Shown: piece by piece, positions 11,702-22,691 of the stretch | Layout: each line of letters begins with the position of its first letter | Position numbering within the stretch: position 1 is the stretch's first letter | Assembly: GCA_030148705.1 (NCBI GenBank) | Contig: JASBSY010000024.1 | Coordinates: forward strand, 21,212 to 85,211 | Source: Pukyongia sp. | Lineage (GTDB): Bacteria > Bacteroidota > Bacteroidia > Flavobacteriales > Flavobacteriaceae | Length of the DNA: 64,000 nt | Direction: 5' to 3' | Notes under the pieces: model-generated | Seen by the model: only the letters and a program-made list of their open reading frames with translations | The model's database searches: none | What the model was told of the DNA's origin: nothing | Made by a program: the position numbers and the translations under genes

Positions 11702-12775
11702 CTATTTAGCTCCAAAAGTTTGCGATATGTTCCTGGACAATTCCTTTATCGTCTGCTCCTTTGATTTTGGAAAGATAAGCAAGACCTCGTCATTTTCTAC
11801 TATGATATAATTGGAAACGTCTTGCAGAACGACTAATTTATCTGTGTTGGTAAAGATCATATTACCTTCTGAATTTTCCAGATGAAGCTTTGCATTTACC
11901 ACGGCATTATCCCGGTCGTCCTTCGAAAGCTTGTCGTGCAAAGCCCCCCAGGTCCCCAGGTCGTTCCAATCGAAAGTAGATTTCTTTACGTACACATTAT
12001 CGGCTTTTTCCAGTATGCCGTAATCGATGGAAATATTCTCGGCATCCGGGTAATTACTTAATACAAACCCAGCTTCATCTGAAGTGTTATAAGCATCCAT
12101 ACCCGATGCAAACAGCTTGTACATTTTTGGGAGATGGGCTTCGAAAGCCTCAATTATAGCTTTTACACTCCAGATAAATATCCCGGAGTTCCACATAAAA
12201 TTACCCCTTTCGATAAATTTCTTTGCTGTTTTATAATCGGGTTTTTCGGTAAATCGTTTTACTTTCCTAATCTCCGATGCCTCTGAAGGATCTGCCTCAA
12301 TATAACCATAGCCGGTATTGGGGAAGGTGGGTTGAATTCCCAGCGTAAGTAAGCCGCGACTTTCGTAACAAGCCTTTATACACGCTTGGAGATCGTCGTG
12401 AAAGGCTCTTTCATCCTCAATCCAGTGATCACTGGGTGCGACTATCATTACGGCCTCGGGATTTTCCTTATAGATCTTTAAAGCCGACAATAAAATACAA
12501 GGGGCCGTATTCCTCATTGCGGGTTCGGGAACGATCTGCGATTCGGTAATGGAAGGTAATTGCTCCATCACAAGGGAGTTATAGCGTGCGTTGGTAAGTA
12601 TCCAAATATTCTTTTCCGGAATGTTGGTGTTTAATCGCGAAAAGGTCTTCTGAAGTAAACTTTGCCCACTTCCAAGCATATCGTGAAATTGCTTGGGGTA
12701 TTCTGAAGTGCTCACAGGCCAGAATCGTGAACCGATTCCCCCAGCCATTATAACCGCGTAAACATTACTTTGCAT
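11702..12775 (-). CDS. manC: Mannose-1-phosphate guanylyltransferase
   Basis: MAGGIGSRFWPVS, EPAMRNTAP, FTEKPD and WNDLGTW motifs. Confidence 0.92.
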   Translation of the reverse strand: MQSNVYAVIMAGGIGSRFWPVSTSEYPKQFHDMLGSGQSLLQKTFSRLNTNIPEKNIWILTNARYNSLVMEQLPSITESQIVPEPAMRNTAPCILLSALKIYKENPEAVMIVAPSDHWIEDERAFHDDLQACIKACYESRGLLTLGIQPTFPNTGYGYIEADPSEASEIRKVKRFTEKPDYKTAKKFIERGNFMWNSGIFIWSVKAIIEAFEAHLPKMYKLFASGMDAYNTSDEAGFVLSNYPDAENISIDYGILEKADNVYVKKSTFDWNDLGTWGALHDKLSKDDRDNAVVNAKLHLENSEGNMIFTNTDKLVVLQDVSNYIIVENDEVLLIFPKSKEQTIKELSRNISQTFGAK

Positions 12776-12778
12776 AAA

Positions 12779-13375
12779 CTAATCTATTAATTCAACTTCG
12801 GCATTCGGATTAAAAAGATAGATTCTCCCACTTGCTACTTCCAGACATTCGAATCGTTTAACGCGTTGCTTACCTCTCTTAAAAATCTTGCCGTTATACA
12901 GCTTGAATGTACCCCCGTAGGGTATCTCAAAGATATAGTTTTTATCGTTGGGTGGATCGTAATGCTTTAATGCGAGGGATAATTTGCTGTCGGTGTCGCT
13001 GGACGCCTTTGGGTTCTTAAAATGCAACGCAAGCAAAGGCAATAGGTCACGGGGAAAGATCTCCGGCCTTAAGAAGGGTAACATGAGGAGTTGAAAAGTA
13101 CGCTTCCACTCTTTGCCATGTGGTTTTATGTGACGGCCATAATTTTCGAAAGCAACCAAATGGGCGATTTCATGAACAAGAGTGATAAGGAATCGGTATG
13201 TGTTCAGGTTTGCATTGACAGTAATCTGATGGCCTCCGCCCGGTAGTTTTCTGTAATCACCGTGCCTTGTTACCCGCTCATTAACGATCTTAAGATGAAC
13301 ATTGTGTGTTTTTATCAGTTCGAATATATCCGGAATTGAAGCAGCTGGGATATAATTGTCTAATACGTCCTTCAT
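12779..13375 (-). CDS. SprT-like metallopeptidase domain protein
   Basis: TLVHEIAHL and HGKEWK motifs. Confidence 0.8.
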   Translation of the reverse strand: MKDVLDNYIPAASIPDIFELIKTHNVHLKIVNERVTRHGDYRKLPGGGHQITVNANLNTYRFLITLVHEIAHLVAFENYGRHIKPHGKEWKRTFQLLMLPFLRPEIFPRDLLPLLALHFKNPKASSDTDSKLSLALKHYDPPNDKNYIFEIPYGGTFKLYNGKIFKRGKQRVKRFECLEVASGRIYLFNPNAEVELID

Positions 13376-13378
13376 CGA

Positions 13379-14062
13379 TCAGGGAGTGGAGCTGGAAACT
13401 TCCAGGGTTTTACCGTTATAGAACAGATTTCCACTTAGTGCGAACTCGGCAATATAATCGGCCATAGCTCTAGCCGAAATAGGCGCTTTGTAACCGGGGA
13501 ATGCTTCTTCCAGCATTTCAGTCTGCACAGATCCCAGTGCCAACACATTAAAACTCGGTCCGGTTTCTTTGTACTCTTCTGCAAGGACCTCGGTAAGCGT
13601 AATCAACGCACCTTTACTGCTGCTGTAAGCACTAAGTCCGGGAAATTTAACACTACCTCTTACCCCGCCCATGCTGCTGATGTTTACTACATGTCCGTCC
13701 TTTTTCATAAACGGAAGTACTTCCTGGGTTAATGCGGCTGCTCCAAATACGTTTACTTCATAAGCATCTCTGAAATCTTCCTTTGAAAGCTTTGCGAAGG
13801 GTTTGCTTATCAGATAACCGGAATTGTTAATCAGGATGTCTACCCTCTTCCAGTTCTTTTTGATGAATTCGCCAACCTTTGAAATGTCCTTGCTGTTGGT
13901 GATATCACAGGGAAAACAATGGCAATTGGAGAGTTCCATACCTGAAACCGGCACATCGTTGCGTGATAAAGCCAACACATTATGTCCCGCATCTGTGAAC
14001 AAAGCAACCAATTCATAGCCTATACCCCTGCTGGTTCCTGTTATTACTATGTTCTTTTTCAT
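13379..14062 (-). CDS. Short-chain dehydrogenase/reductase
   Basis: TGTSRGIG, LINNSG and YSSSK motifs. Confidence 0.9.
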   Translation of the reverse strand: MKKNIVITGTSRGIGYELVALFTDAGHNVLALSRNDVPVSGMELSNCHCFPCDITNSKDISKVGEFIKKNWKRVDILINNSGYLISKPFAKLSKEDFRDAYEVNVFGAAALTQEVLPFMKKDGHVVNISSMGGVRGSVKFPGLSAYSSSKGALITLTEVLAEEYKETGPSFNVLALGSVQTEMLEEAFPGYKAPISARAMADYIAEFALSGNLFYNGKTLEVSSSTP

Positions 14063-14158
14063 ATTTAAAAACTACTAAATCCTTAAAATAAAAACGCGCT
14101 AACCTTTAATTCATTCAAGGCCAACGCGAATTGTTTAAATGCGAAACGACCCGAATTC

Positions 14159-15811
14159 TCAAACAAACATGGTAACCGGGTTCTCGATATACAGTCGTAA
14201 GGTCTGCAGGAATTTCGCTCCCGTAGCCCCGTCTACCGTACGGTGATCGCATGCCAGGGTTATCGTCATTGTATTACCAACGGCAATGGCACCATTCTTC
14301 ACAACCGGTTTTTGCACTATGGTTCCTACCGAAAGTATGGCCGAATTCGGTTGATTGATAATCGAAGTAAATTCCTTAATCCCGAACATCCCAAGGTTTG
14401 ACACTGTAAATGTACTGCCCTGCATTTCGTCGGGAGTAAGTTTCTTGTTCCTGGCTTTGGTGGCCAGCTCCTTCACCTCGGCTCCTATTTGGGAAAAGGT
14501 CATATTATCGGTAAATTTCAGTACCGGTACCACCAAGCCTTCATCTACGGCCACGGCCACACCTATATGGATGTGTTTTGCTATCCTTGTTACCTTATCG
14601 TCCCACTGGGAATTAACCTGAGGGTGTTTCCTCAACGCCATGGCGCAGGCTTTCACTATCATATCATTAAAGGAGATCTTTACGTCCGGATCGCTGTTTA
14701 TCGCCTCACGAGACGCGATTGCATTATCCATATCCAATTCAACAGTTAGATAGTAATGAGGCGCTGTGAATTTCGATTCGCCAAGTCGCTTTGCGATTGT
14801 CTTACGCATTTGCGAATTGGTTACCTCCTCGAATGATTCGGTTCCAACCGGCACATAGGCAGCGGCTCCTGCTCCCGGCTGGTAATTTTCTATATCCCGT
14901 TTTACGATACGGCCGTTTTCTCCACTTCCGTGCACCGACGAAAGGGAAATACCTTTCTCTTCTGCCAGTTTTTTGGCTAGTGGCGAAGCAAATATGCGAG
15001 CGTCGGAAGGCCTGGAGGATGCCTCCTGGGTCTTCGTAGTTTCTTTAATCTCTTCCTTCTTAGAAGTTTCTTCTTTCTTTTCTTCCGCTTTGGGTTCGGC
15101 AGGTTTCTCTTGCTTTTCCTTCTTAGGGGCCGCGAGGCTTAGGTTCGACACATCGGTGCCTTCCGGACCGATAATTGCCAAAAGTGCATCTACCTTGGCT
15201 GTTTCTCCTTCGGCAATTCCTATTTTCAACAAGGTTCCCGAATAGAAGGATTCGAACTCCATGGTGGCCTTATCGGTTTCGATCTCGGCCAGAATATCCC
15301 CTTCAGAGACCTTGTCGCCTTCCTTCTTAAGCCAGGAGGCCACCGTTCCTTCTTCCATGGTATCACTTAGTCGGGGCATGGTAATAATCTCAACGCCTTC
15401 GGGCATTGATTCAGACTCTTCTTCATCGGTGTTGTCCTTATCTCCTGACTTATTCTCTTCGGAATCGTTTTCAGTTTTCTTTTCAGCAGCTTCTTCCTTA
15501 GCTTTTTTGGTAGAATCACTGCTTTTTTCTTCCTTAGGCTCTCCTTCCTGTAACAATTCGGAAATATCTTCACCTTCTTCTCCTATAATCGCCAATAGTT
15601 TGTCTACCGCAGCCGTTTCACCTTCTTCTATTCCGATATGCAGGAGCGTACCTTCATAAAAAGATTCGAACTCCATGGTGGCTTTATCAGTTTCGATCTC
15701 GGCCAGAATATCTCCTTCGGAAACCTTATCTCCAACTTTTTTAAGCCAGCTGGCTACCGTTCCCTCTTCCATGGTATCGCTGAGGCGTGGCATTGTTATA
15801 ATTTCAGCCAT
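14159..15811 (-). CDS. pdhC: Pyruvate dehydrogenase E2 with two lipoyl domains
   Basis: Two EIETDKATME lipoyl motifs, ASPLAKKLA, DHRTVDG. Confidence 0.96.
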   Translation of the reverse strand: MAEIITMPRLSDTMEEGTVASWLKKVGDKVSEGDILAEIETDKATMEFESFYEGTLLHIGIEEGETAAVDKLLAIIGEEGEDISELLQEGEPKEEKSSDSTKKAKEEAAEKKTENDSEENKSGDKDNTDEEESESMPEGVEIITMPRLSDTMEEGTVASWLKKEGDKVSEGDILAEIETDKATMEFESFYSGTLLKIGIAEGETAKVDALLAIIGPEGTDVSNLSLAAPKKEKQEKPAEPKAEEKKEETSKKEEIKETTKTQEASSRPSDARIFASPLAKKLAEEKGISLSSVHGSGENGRIVKRDIENYQPGAGAAAYVPVGTESFEEVTNSQMRKTIAKRLGESKFTAPHYYLTVELDMDNAIASREAINSDPDVKISFNDMIVKACAMALRKHPQVNSQWDDKVTRIAKHIHIGVAVAVDEGLVVPVLKFTDNMTFSQIGAEVKELATKARNKKLTPDEMQGSTFTVSNLGMFGIKEFTSIINQPNSAILSVGTIVQKPVVKNGAIAVGNTMTITLACDHRTVDGATGAKFLQTLRLYIENPVTMFV

Positions 15812-15814
15812 AAC

Positions 15815-16813
15815 TTATAGTTTATGAGGTAAAAATGGATAATCATCCTGTTCGTAAACTGTATCGTACATCACGTTCTTATCCGGATAGGGAGATTCTT
15901 CGGCGTATTGTTCGCACTCACTTACTCGCTCCTTCACCCGCTTATCGATCTTTTTTATATCTTCTTCCGTCGCCCATTTATTGGTATAGATATGATTCAG
16001 CACATAATCGATCGGATCTTCTTCCTGTTTCTTTGCTACCTCTTCCTTGGTTCTGTAATGTTGTGCATCACTCATTGAATGCCCCCGATATCTGTAGGTT
16101 CTCAGTTCGAGGAAGGTAGGGCCCTCTCCTTTTCTCGCCCGGGCAATCGCTTCATCCATTTCTCTGGCTACCACCTCGGGTTTCATTCCGTCCACCGCCT
16201 TGCTCGGCATTTCATAGCCGAGACCCAATTTGTAGATATCGGTATGGTTTGCGGTTCGTTCTACGGAAGTACCCATGGCATAGCCGTTATTCTCCACGCA
16301 GAAAACAACCGGCAGCTTCCACAGCATGGCCAGGTTGAAGGTTTCGTGCAGGGAACCCTGCCGGGTAGCTCCGTCTCCCATATAGGTCAACGTTACGGCG
16401 TCCCGTTCGAAATATTTGTCGGCAAACGCCAATCCTGCTCCAAGTGGGATCTGCCCGCCAACTATTCCATGTCCGCCGTAAAAGCGGTGCTCCTTGGAAA
16501 AGATATGCATGGAACCACCGAGGCCCTGAGATGTCCCTGTTCCCTTGCCGTATAATTCTGCCATCACCCGTTTTGGATCGACGCCCATCCCAATGGGTTG
16601 AACATGATTCCGGTAGGCGGTGATCATCCGGTCCTTCGACAGGTCCATGGCGTGCAGGGCACCGGCCAAAACAGCCTCCTGTCCGTTATACAGATGCAGG
16701 AAGCCCCGAACTTTTTGTTTTATATATACCTGGGCAAGTTTGTCTTCAAACTTTCGCCAGAATAGCATTTCCTCGTACCAGTTCAGGTACGTTTGTTTCG
16801 TAATTTTTTTCAT
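15815..16813 (-). CDS. pdhA: Pyruvate dehydrogenase E1 alpha
   Basis: GDGATRQG..ENN and TYRYRGHSMSD motifs. Confidence 0.96.
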   Translation of the reverse strand: MKKITKQTYLNWYEEMLFWRKFEDKLAQVYIKQKVRGFLHLYNGQEAVLAGALHAMDLSKDRMITAYRNHVQPIGMGVDPKRVMAELYGKGTGTSQGLGGSMHIFSKEHRFYGGHGIVGGQIPLGAGLAFADKYFERDAVTLTYMGDGATRQGSLHETFNLAMLWKLPVVFCVENNGYAMGTSVERTANHTDIYKLGLGYEMPSKAVDGMKPEVVAREMDEAIARARKGEGPTFLELRTYRYRGHSMSDAQHYRTKEEVAKKQEEDPIDYVLNHIYTNKWATEEDIKKIDKRVKERVSECEQYAEESPYPDKNVMYDTVYEQDDYPFLPHKL

Positions 16814-16951
16814 GCAATGAGGTGTGTCCAATACCGCTACTTGTAGTACGGTATAAATTTCACGAATAACAAAAATACTATATTCTTAAGTACTACGAAA
16901 AGTCAATTTGAAAAAAGAAATTAATATACGGCCACCTCGCTTAGGATAGGA

Positions 16952-17437
16952 TCAACGAAGGAAGGAACTGTCGAAAATCAAGGGTAGCAGGTCACTAACC
17001 GATGCGGCTTTTACCACTTTACCTATTTCTCCCATAAAGTACACTGAAATTGGACTCTGCTGTTTTATTTCGTATTCCGCCAGCACCTGCCTGCAGGCAC
17101 CACAGGGCGGGGTAGGTTTGTCGATTTCCTTCTGAAGGGACCGAACCGTAAGGGCTATAGCAGAAACTGCAACATCGGGATAGGTTGCGCCGGCATGAAA
17201 GACAGCTACCCGTTCGGCGCATAGGCCTGAAGGAAAAGCAGCATTCTCCTGGTTGCTTCCGCTAACCACTTCCCCGTTTTCCAGCAGGAGGGCAGCTCCT
17301 ACCTTAAAATGCGAATAAGGCGCATAAGCTTTTTCTCTTGCTTGCTGCGCCTTATTGATTAATTGTTGAATAGAATCGGGTAATTCTGTTACAGAATCGT
17401 AAACTTCCAGATATGATTCTATTTTGTGTTTCTTCAA
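16952..17437 (-). CDS. cdd: Cytidine deaminase
   Basis: AYAPYSHFKVGAA, CAER and PCGACRQ motifs; TTG start inferred. Confidence 0.9.
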   Translation of the reverse strand: MKKHKIESYLEVYDSVTELPDSIQQLINKAQQAREKAYAPYSHFKVGAALLLENGEVVSGSNQENAAFPSGLCAERVAVFHAGATYPDVAVSAIALTVRSLQKEIDKPTPPCGACRQVLAEYEIKQQSPISVYFMGEIGKVVKAASVSDLLPLIFDSSFLR

Positions 17438-17441
17438 GTTC

Positions 17442-18602
17442 CTAGTATTCGTCGTACTCGTCTCCAAAATTAAAGGTAAGTCCGAAACGCAGAGTGCCTT
17501 CAAGCGGGCTTCTTACCTTAGATGTAGAGAAGAGGTATGAAATATCTATGTTGATTGCCGTGTATTTGAAGCCGGCACCCAGGGAAAGGAATTTTCTGGA
17601 TCCTTTTTCTTCGCTTTCGTTGAAATAACCTGTACGGAAGGCGAATACGTCCTGGTACCAGTATTCTGCTCCCAGGGCCCAGGTAAATTCCTTAAGTTCC
17701 TCACTGAAACCATCCGGGGCATCACCGAAGGATTTAAACATTCCCGAGAAAAAACTGATAGACTCGTATTCTTCGTCGTCTTCAGCATCAATATCGCCAT
17801 CCCCGTCGAAATCCTGTGGGGTTGGAACGAGCAACTTATTAATTTCGGCGTTTACACCTATTTTATTGTATTCATCCAAGATAAAGTCGAAACCACCTCC
17901 CAAGGCGAGGTTGGTTGGCAGGTTGTTTTCCTGTCCCACTTCATCGTATTTAATCTTAGGACCAATATTCGAAATATTGAAACCCATTCTCCAGCGCCCG
18001 TCGAAATCGTTGTACGCGATCTCTTCAGACTGATAGAAACCGGCAATATCAACGGCAAACGAACTGGCTGCGGAAGCATCCTCGTTAGATGCCTGTATTT
18101 TAAGGTCGGATCTTAAATAACGCCCGGCTACTGCCATGGAAAATCGTTCGCCCAGTCTAAGTGCATAGGATACGTCGAAAGTAAACTCATTCGGACTCTG
18201 AATAAGTGGATCCTGATCGATGGTTTCCCGCAATTCGATGTCACCAAGGCTGAAATATCGCAAACTGGCACCAATGGCGCTACGTTCGTTCAAGCGATTG
18301 TAATACGTAAGGTTTCCTAGGAAGATGTCGTTTACCAACTGACTTAAATAAGGAGTATAGGTAACACCCAACCCTTGTTTGGAAATAGCAAAGGCATATT
18401 TAGCGGGGTTCCACTGCTGCGAAAATGCATCAGCAGAAGACGACACTCCAATGTCTCCCATACCAGCTGCGCGAGCATCTGCAGCGATCAATACGAACGG
18501 AACCGCAGTTGTAATAACTCGCTGATTTGCAGTTGGATCGTCTTGTGCATTTGCCTTAACAACAAACAAACAAATAAGGATTGGAATAATTATTTTCTTC
18601 AT
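17442..18602 (-). CDS. porV: T9SS outer membrane shuttle PorV
   Basis: TTAVPF..DARAAGMGD..WNPAK; adjacent to porU. Confidence 0.9.
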   Translation of the reverse strand: MKKIIIPILICLFVVKANAQDDPTANQRVITTAVPFVLIAADARAAGMGDIGVSSSADAFSQQWNPAKYAFAISKQGLGVTYTPYLSQLVNDIFLGNLTYYNRLNERSAIGASLRYFSLGDIELRETIDQDPLIQSPNEFTFDVSYALRLGERFSMAVAGRYLRSDLKIQASNEDASAASSFAVDIAGFYQSEEIAYNDFDGRWRMGFNISNIGPKIKYDEVGQENNLPTNLALGGGFDFILDEYNKIGVNAEINKLLVPTPQDFDGDGDIDAEDDEEYESISFFSGMFKSFGDAPDGFSEELKEFTWALGAEYWYQDVFAFRTGYFNESEEKGSRKFLSLGAGFKYTAINIDISYLFSTSKVRSPLEGTLRFGLTFNFGDEYDEY

Positions 18603-18635
18603 GAGGTTCAAATTTTGGACAAATATAGTTTTTTT

Positions 18636-21600
18636 TTAAAGTATTACCAGTTTTTCAAATTTTTCAATTTGCTGGTCAGTTAACGTAGATTTCACGGTTA
18701 TCTTGTACACATACACGCCTTTTCCTATTTTATCCCCGAAATCATCCTTGCCGTCCCAGACGATATCCCTGGACAGAAATCCATCGGTATTGATTATCTG
18801 GTTTTTAGTCCAAACGATCTTACCGGTAACGGTAAAAACCTGCACCTGTACTTCGAGTGGCTCGAACGGACGGTTGTGATTGAACCAGAATTCGGTGTAG
18901 TTCACAAAGGGATTTGGATAGTTCAGCACTCTGGTAATCTCGAGCTTGTCGTTCCCTGCCACGACAAACTGTATGTCCATGGTTGAAGAGTTATTATAAA
19001 CGTCCCAGGCCTTTAGTGTTAAGGTATGCAGGCCTTCTTCGAGGTCGCGCAAACGGTAGGTTGTCTTTCCACGGGTGTAGTCGTCCACCTCAGCCTGGTA
19101 GTACTCGTTCAGCACTATGGGGTTGGCCTCATCTCCGTCGAGGATAGCAATTATATCATGGCCGATTCCACTGGCGGTATTGATTCCGTTCTCATCTTCG
19201 AGTTTGGCGATAAGAATGGGCGAATCGTTAGTAACACCTCCATTTACGAAGCTCTCGTCGTTCATAAACAGGGAGATCTGAGGGCCGGTATTGTCCTCGG
19301 GGGCATCTTCATTCAACCCACCTATCATCAGGCTTAGGTTAACCCCGGTCTGATCTATTAGTTCTCCGTTCTTCTGGGCATATAAACTGGCGCGCCCTGT
19401 TCCTACCGGGATTTGTATATCTCTGGGAACCACGAATTCGAATTCGAATTTACCATTGGTAACGCTGGCTTGCCCGTTAAAGAGGATTTCCCCAAGGGTT
19501 TTAAAGGTCATTATTAATAAAGGGCCGTTGGGGCCATCAGTAACGCCGTCATTTCCCAGAGTCTGTCGTTGTACATTTTTATCGTATATCTTGCCCTCGA
19601 AAATACCGTTGTAATTGGAAAGTATATTTCCCGACTCATCTACGATCTCCCCTCCTATTTTCACTCTGCTGAGTGCCTTTAAGGTGTCCGTTGCCTGGGC
19701 GATAGGTACATCGTTTAATGTTGTAAGCCTAACACGTTGTTTTGGAAACGCCAGGTGCATGGACGGATCGCCAATAAAGAATACGACATATTTATCACTA
19801 CCGGCTATCCTGTTCCGCGCCAGGCGAAGGGCTTCGGCCGGAGGATTTATATTATTGGTTCCAAACCCGAAGAGTTCAGGAGCGAGTTCTTCGTTATAAT
19901 CCACCCCGGTACTAACCGTTATGGACCGGGTAGTGGTAATCAATGCAATGGCCCCTCCTTGCCTGTTCCAGTATGTAAGCTCTCCTGCCGTGATTCGCTG
20001 AGGGTTGTCGAATTTGGTAAACTCGCAAGTTACTGTGACTATACATGGATATTTGATGTTGCGGAGATCCTGGGCCTGTTCTTTGGTGAAAATAAACTCA
20101 TTGGCCAGTCCGTCTTCCCCACCGTGTCCAAAATAATTTATCACCAGGGCGCCAACTTCTATGGCATTGCTAATAGCCTCATTCACCTCGGGATATCGGT
20201 TGCCTCCTGCTGAAGTTTCCTGCTGATATGCATCACTGTGTATCTTCTTCACATTTACAAAGGGTTTCTGAAAAGTGATCTGATCTCCCAGCTGATCCAG
20301 GTTTACCTGAAGCGAATAATCCCCTCGTGTATCGGCATCATCTGAAATCAATACGAAATAATTTCGCCAGTTACCGTAAGAAGCCTTAGAAGAATAATCG
20401 ATGATCTTATCGACCAGGGAATTCGCCAACCCTACTTCATCGGCGAGTATCCTGCCCATGGCCAGATCGCTCATGTCGCTCAGGTTCATAAGACCATCGC
20501 TGGGATCCATCATCGCATAGAATTCATCCGACATATAAGAAGAAAACGTACTCTGGCTGTCATAGCGGTGATATACCGGTACTATATTATTGTTGTCCGG
20601 GATCCTGTCCTTATAGTCGATAGAAGCATCACCGAACATACATACATATTTAATACGCTTCGAGGGCGAGGAGGCATTATCATATATATACTTAATTAAA
20701 TTCCTGATGGCTGAAATATCCTGCCTGCCGGAACTGAATTCTTCATAGATCTTATCGGTTGTAACCACTTTTACATTCAATCCGCTAACTTCTTCGCGAT
20801 GCCGTGCGAGTTTCAGGGCAGGCTGTATAAGAAAAGGTGCGGTAACGATCAACATATCGATATCCTCGAAATTTCCGGACTGATCGTTAAAAATTGTGCC
20901 TTTGAGGTTTTGATTAGTCACCCGGGCCTGTGCCACTTCTATCGGGGAATAAAAATCGGAAGGATTTAAGGCCACATACTCACGTATTTCCCCCATAAAC
21001 GTTTTAAAGCTAATGGTGTTGGCACTCCCCTCGTTCAGTTTGGATGTAATATTCTGTGGATTTGTAACGTCCCACACCTCAGAGAACTGGGCGCCGTTTG
21101 AAATTCTGAACTCCCCTATTCCCAGTTGTGAGGCGGCATCGTTATACCTAAATGGCAGTTGTAATCCGGCACCGCTTAATTGCCTGAGAGCCCCAATTCG
21201 TATATAGTCGATATACCCTATACTGGACGGATTACCGTTGTTATTATAGGTAAGATCGACGGTAACCGTTTCGCCCCCGGCCGGGATTTCCCCAATATAT
21301 TCTTTGGTATCTAGTAATTTGGGATCGTTGATTGGATCGAATACCACGGGATCCAGGCTGGTACCGTTTACGGAAATCGCCATAGAGGTGGTCACTTCGG
21401 AAGCTGAAGCCAGCCGAATATCGACTTCCATTTGGGATCCACCAATAATATTAGAGAAAGTGAATTCGTAGGATTGTTCACTTTCAATGTCGAAACGGTT
21501 CCCGAACCAACGTCTCCCTACTTTGGCAGGTGAGGTTTCATCTACTTCATGAAATTCGTAATGATTAAATCTATCTATTGTAATGGAAGGCGATCCGCCG

Positions 21601-22481
21601 GGTTCTGTCATTGGCTGGACACGGCGGCCACTGTTGCCGCCTGCGGTAATATAATAATAGGAATCGTCTGAATAAGGGTTAAAATGAGTTAGGTTCTCTT
21701 CATCATAACCTACCGTGCTAATCCCGTAAAAAAGGATAAAATCCTGACTATTGAACACCCCGTCTTCCTCGCCTACAACTTTTATAGCTGTTTCGGGTAT
21801 ATCGTAAAAAACATTACTCTCATTTAAATACGGCAAGGCCTTTCCGCCGTGGCCGTAGATCTTAATAGTTCTGGGGTCTATGCCATCGGTGTTTAATCCT
21901 ATATCGTTCAGAAATTCCTTGTCGAGACGGTATATTCCGGTTTTATCTACTTTGAATTTAAACCAGTCTCCACTAGCCAGTACCGAGTTGCTAATGGGCA
22001 TTCGGCTGTTGTTCCTTGTCCGGGCGCTGTAATCATATGAAATACTGAAGGAAAGTACTTTTTTAAAGATGCCGTTGTCGTTTACGACAGGCGTAATACT
22101 GAGCACACTATAGAGAAGATCCCGCGCTATTGTGCTTCTTAAGGTAAGCACGGGCAACTTTGGAACCGCTTTTTTATCGATCTTGTTCAATTCCTCAGCA
22201 CTCAGATTGCCGTAACTGATACCACTTAATTGCACGCTGCCCTCGTTCACATAACGGCTGTCGAGCCACTGATAGGTGAACATGGTACGATCTCTGGATA
22301 ATTCCAAGTTAAACGAAACATCCTTTTCTTTGGAATCATTCCGGGATATCTCGGTATTCCCGGTGAAGGCGGGTGTGCTGTTCTTTTTACTGTCCCAATC
22401 TATAATAATAGTTCTGCTTTGCGCATTCATCAACAACGGAAAGGCAAATAGAACGATACACAGTACTACTTTTCTCATCAT
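18636..22481 (-). CDS. porU: T9SS sortase PorU (peptidase C25 family)
   Basis: NYFGHGGEDG, TCEF and LNYPNPF CTD; 1281 aa. Confidence 0.92.
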   Translation of the reverse strand: MMRKVVLCIVLFAFPLLMNAQSRTIIIDWDSKKNSTPAFTGNTEISRNDSKEKDVSFNLELSRDRTMFTYQWLDSRYVNEGSVQLSGISYGNLSAEELNKIDKKAVPKLPVLTLRSTIARDLLYSVLSITPVVNDNGIFKKVLSFSISYDYSARTRNNSRMPISNSVLASGDWFKFKVDKTGIYRLDKEFLNDIGLNTDGIDPRTIKIYGHGGKALPYLNESNVFYDIPETAIKVVGEEDGVFNSQDFILFYGISTVGYDEENLTHFNPYSDDSYYYITAGGNSGRRVQPMTEPGGSPSITIDRFNHYEFHEVDETSPAKVGRRWFGNRFDIESEQSYEFTFSNIIGGSQMEVDIRLASASEVTTSMAISVNGTSLDPVVFDPINDPKLLDTKEYIGEIPAGGETVTVDLTYNNNGNPSSIGYIDYIRIGALRQLSGAGLQLPFRYNDAASQLGIGEFRISNGAQFSEVWDVTNPQNITSKLNEGSANTISFKTFMGEIREYVALNPSDFYSPIEVAQARVTNQNLKGTIFNDQSGNFEDIDMLIVTAPFLIQPALKLARHREEVSGLNVKVVTTDKIYEEFSSGRQDISAIRNLIKYIYDNASSPSKRIKYVCMFGDASIDYKDRIPDNNNIVPVYHRYDSQSTFSSYMSDEFYAMMDPSDGLMNLSDMSDLAMGRILADEVGLANSLVDKIIDYSSKASYGNWRNYFVLISDDADTRGDYSLQVNLDQLGDQITFQKPFVNVKKIHSDAYQQETSAGGNRYPEVNEAISNAIEVGALVINYFGHGGEDGLANEFIFTKEQAQDLRNIKYPCIVTVTCEFTKFDNPQRITAGELTYWNRQGGAIALITTTRSITVSTGVDYNEELAPELFGFGTNNINPPAEALRLARNRIAGSDKYVVFFIGDPSMHLAFPKQRVRLTTLNDVPIAQATDTLKALSRVKIGGEIVDESGNILSNYNGIFEGKIYDKNVQRQTLGNDGVTDGPNGPLLIMTFKTLGEILFNGQASVTNGKFEFEFVVPRDIQIPVGTGRASLYAQKNGELIDQTGVNLSLMIGGLNEDAPEDNTGPQISLFMNDESFVNGGVTNDSPILIAKLEDENGINTASGIGHDIIAILDGDEANPIVLNEYYQAEVDDYTRGKTTYRLRDLEEGLHTLTLKAWDVYNNSSTMDIQFVVAGNDKLEITRVLNYPNPFVNYTEFWFNHNRPFEPLEVQVQVFTVTGKIVWTKNQIINTDGFLSRDIVWDGKDDFGDKIGKGVYVYKITVKSTLTDQQIEKFEKLVIL

Positions 22482-22691
22482 AACAATTAACGCTTTAAAT
22501 ATACGCTTAGTATGGCTGAAGAATCAAAGTTTTCGGTTGAAAAAAATAGATATAATAAATATGGAACAATTACGTTACTTTTGGGGTCGGTTAATCGAAC
22601 CGGTCCTCAGGTGCAGGATTAATATAAAATAATATTGCACTTTTATCGTTAATTACTATATTGCGAACCCAATTTTTTCATATTTGAAACT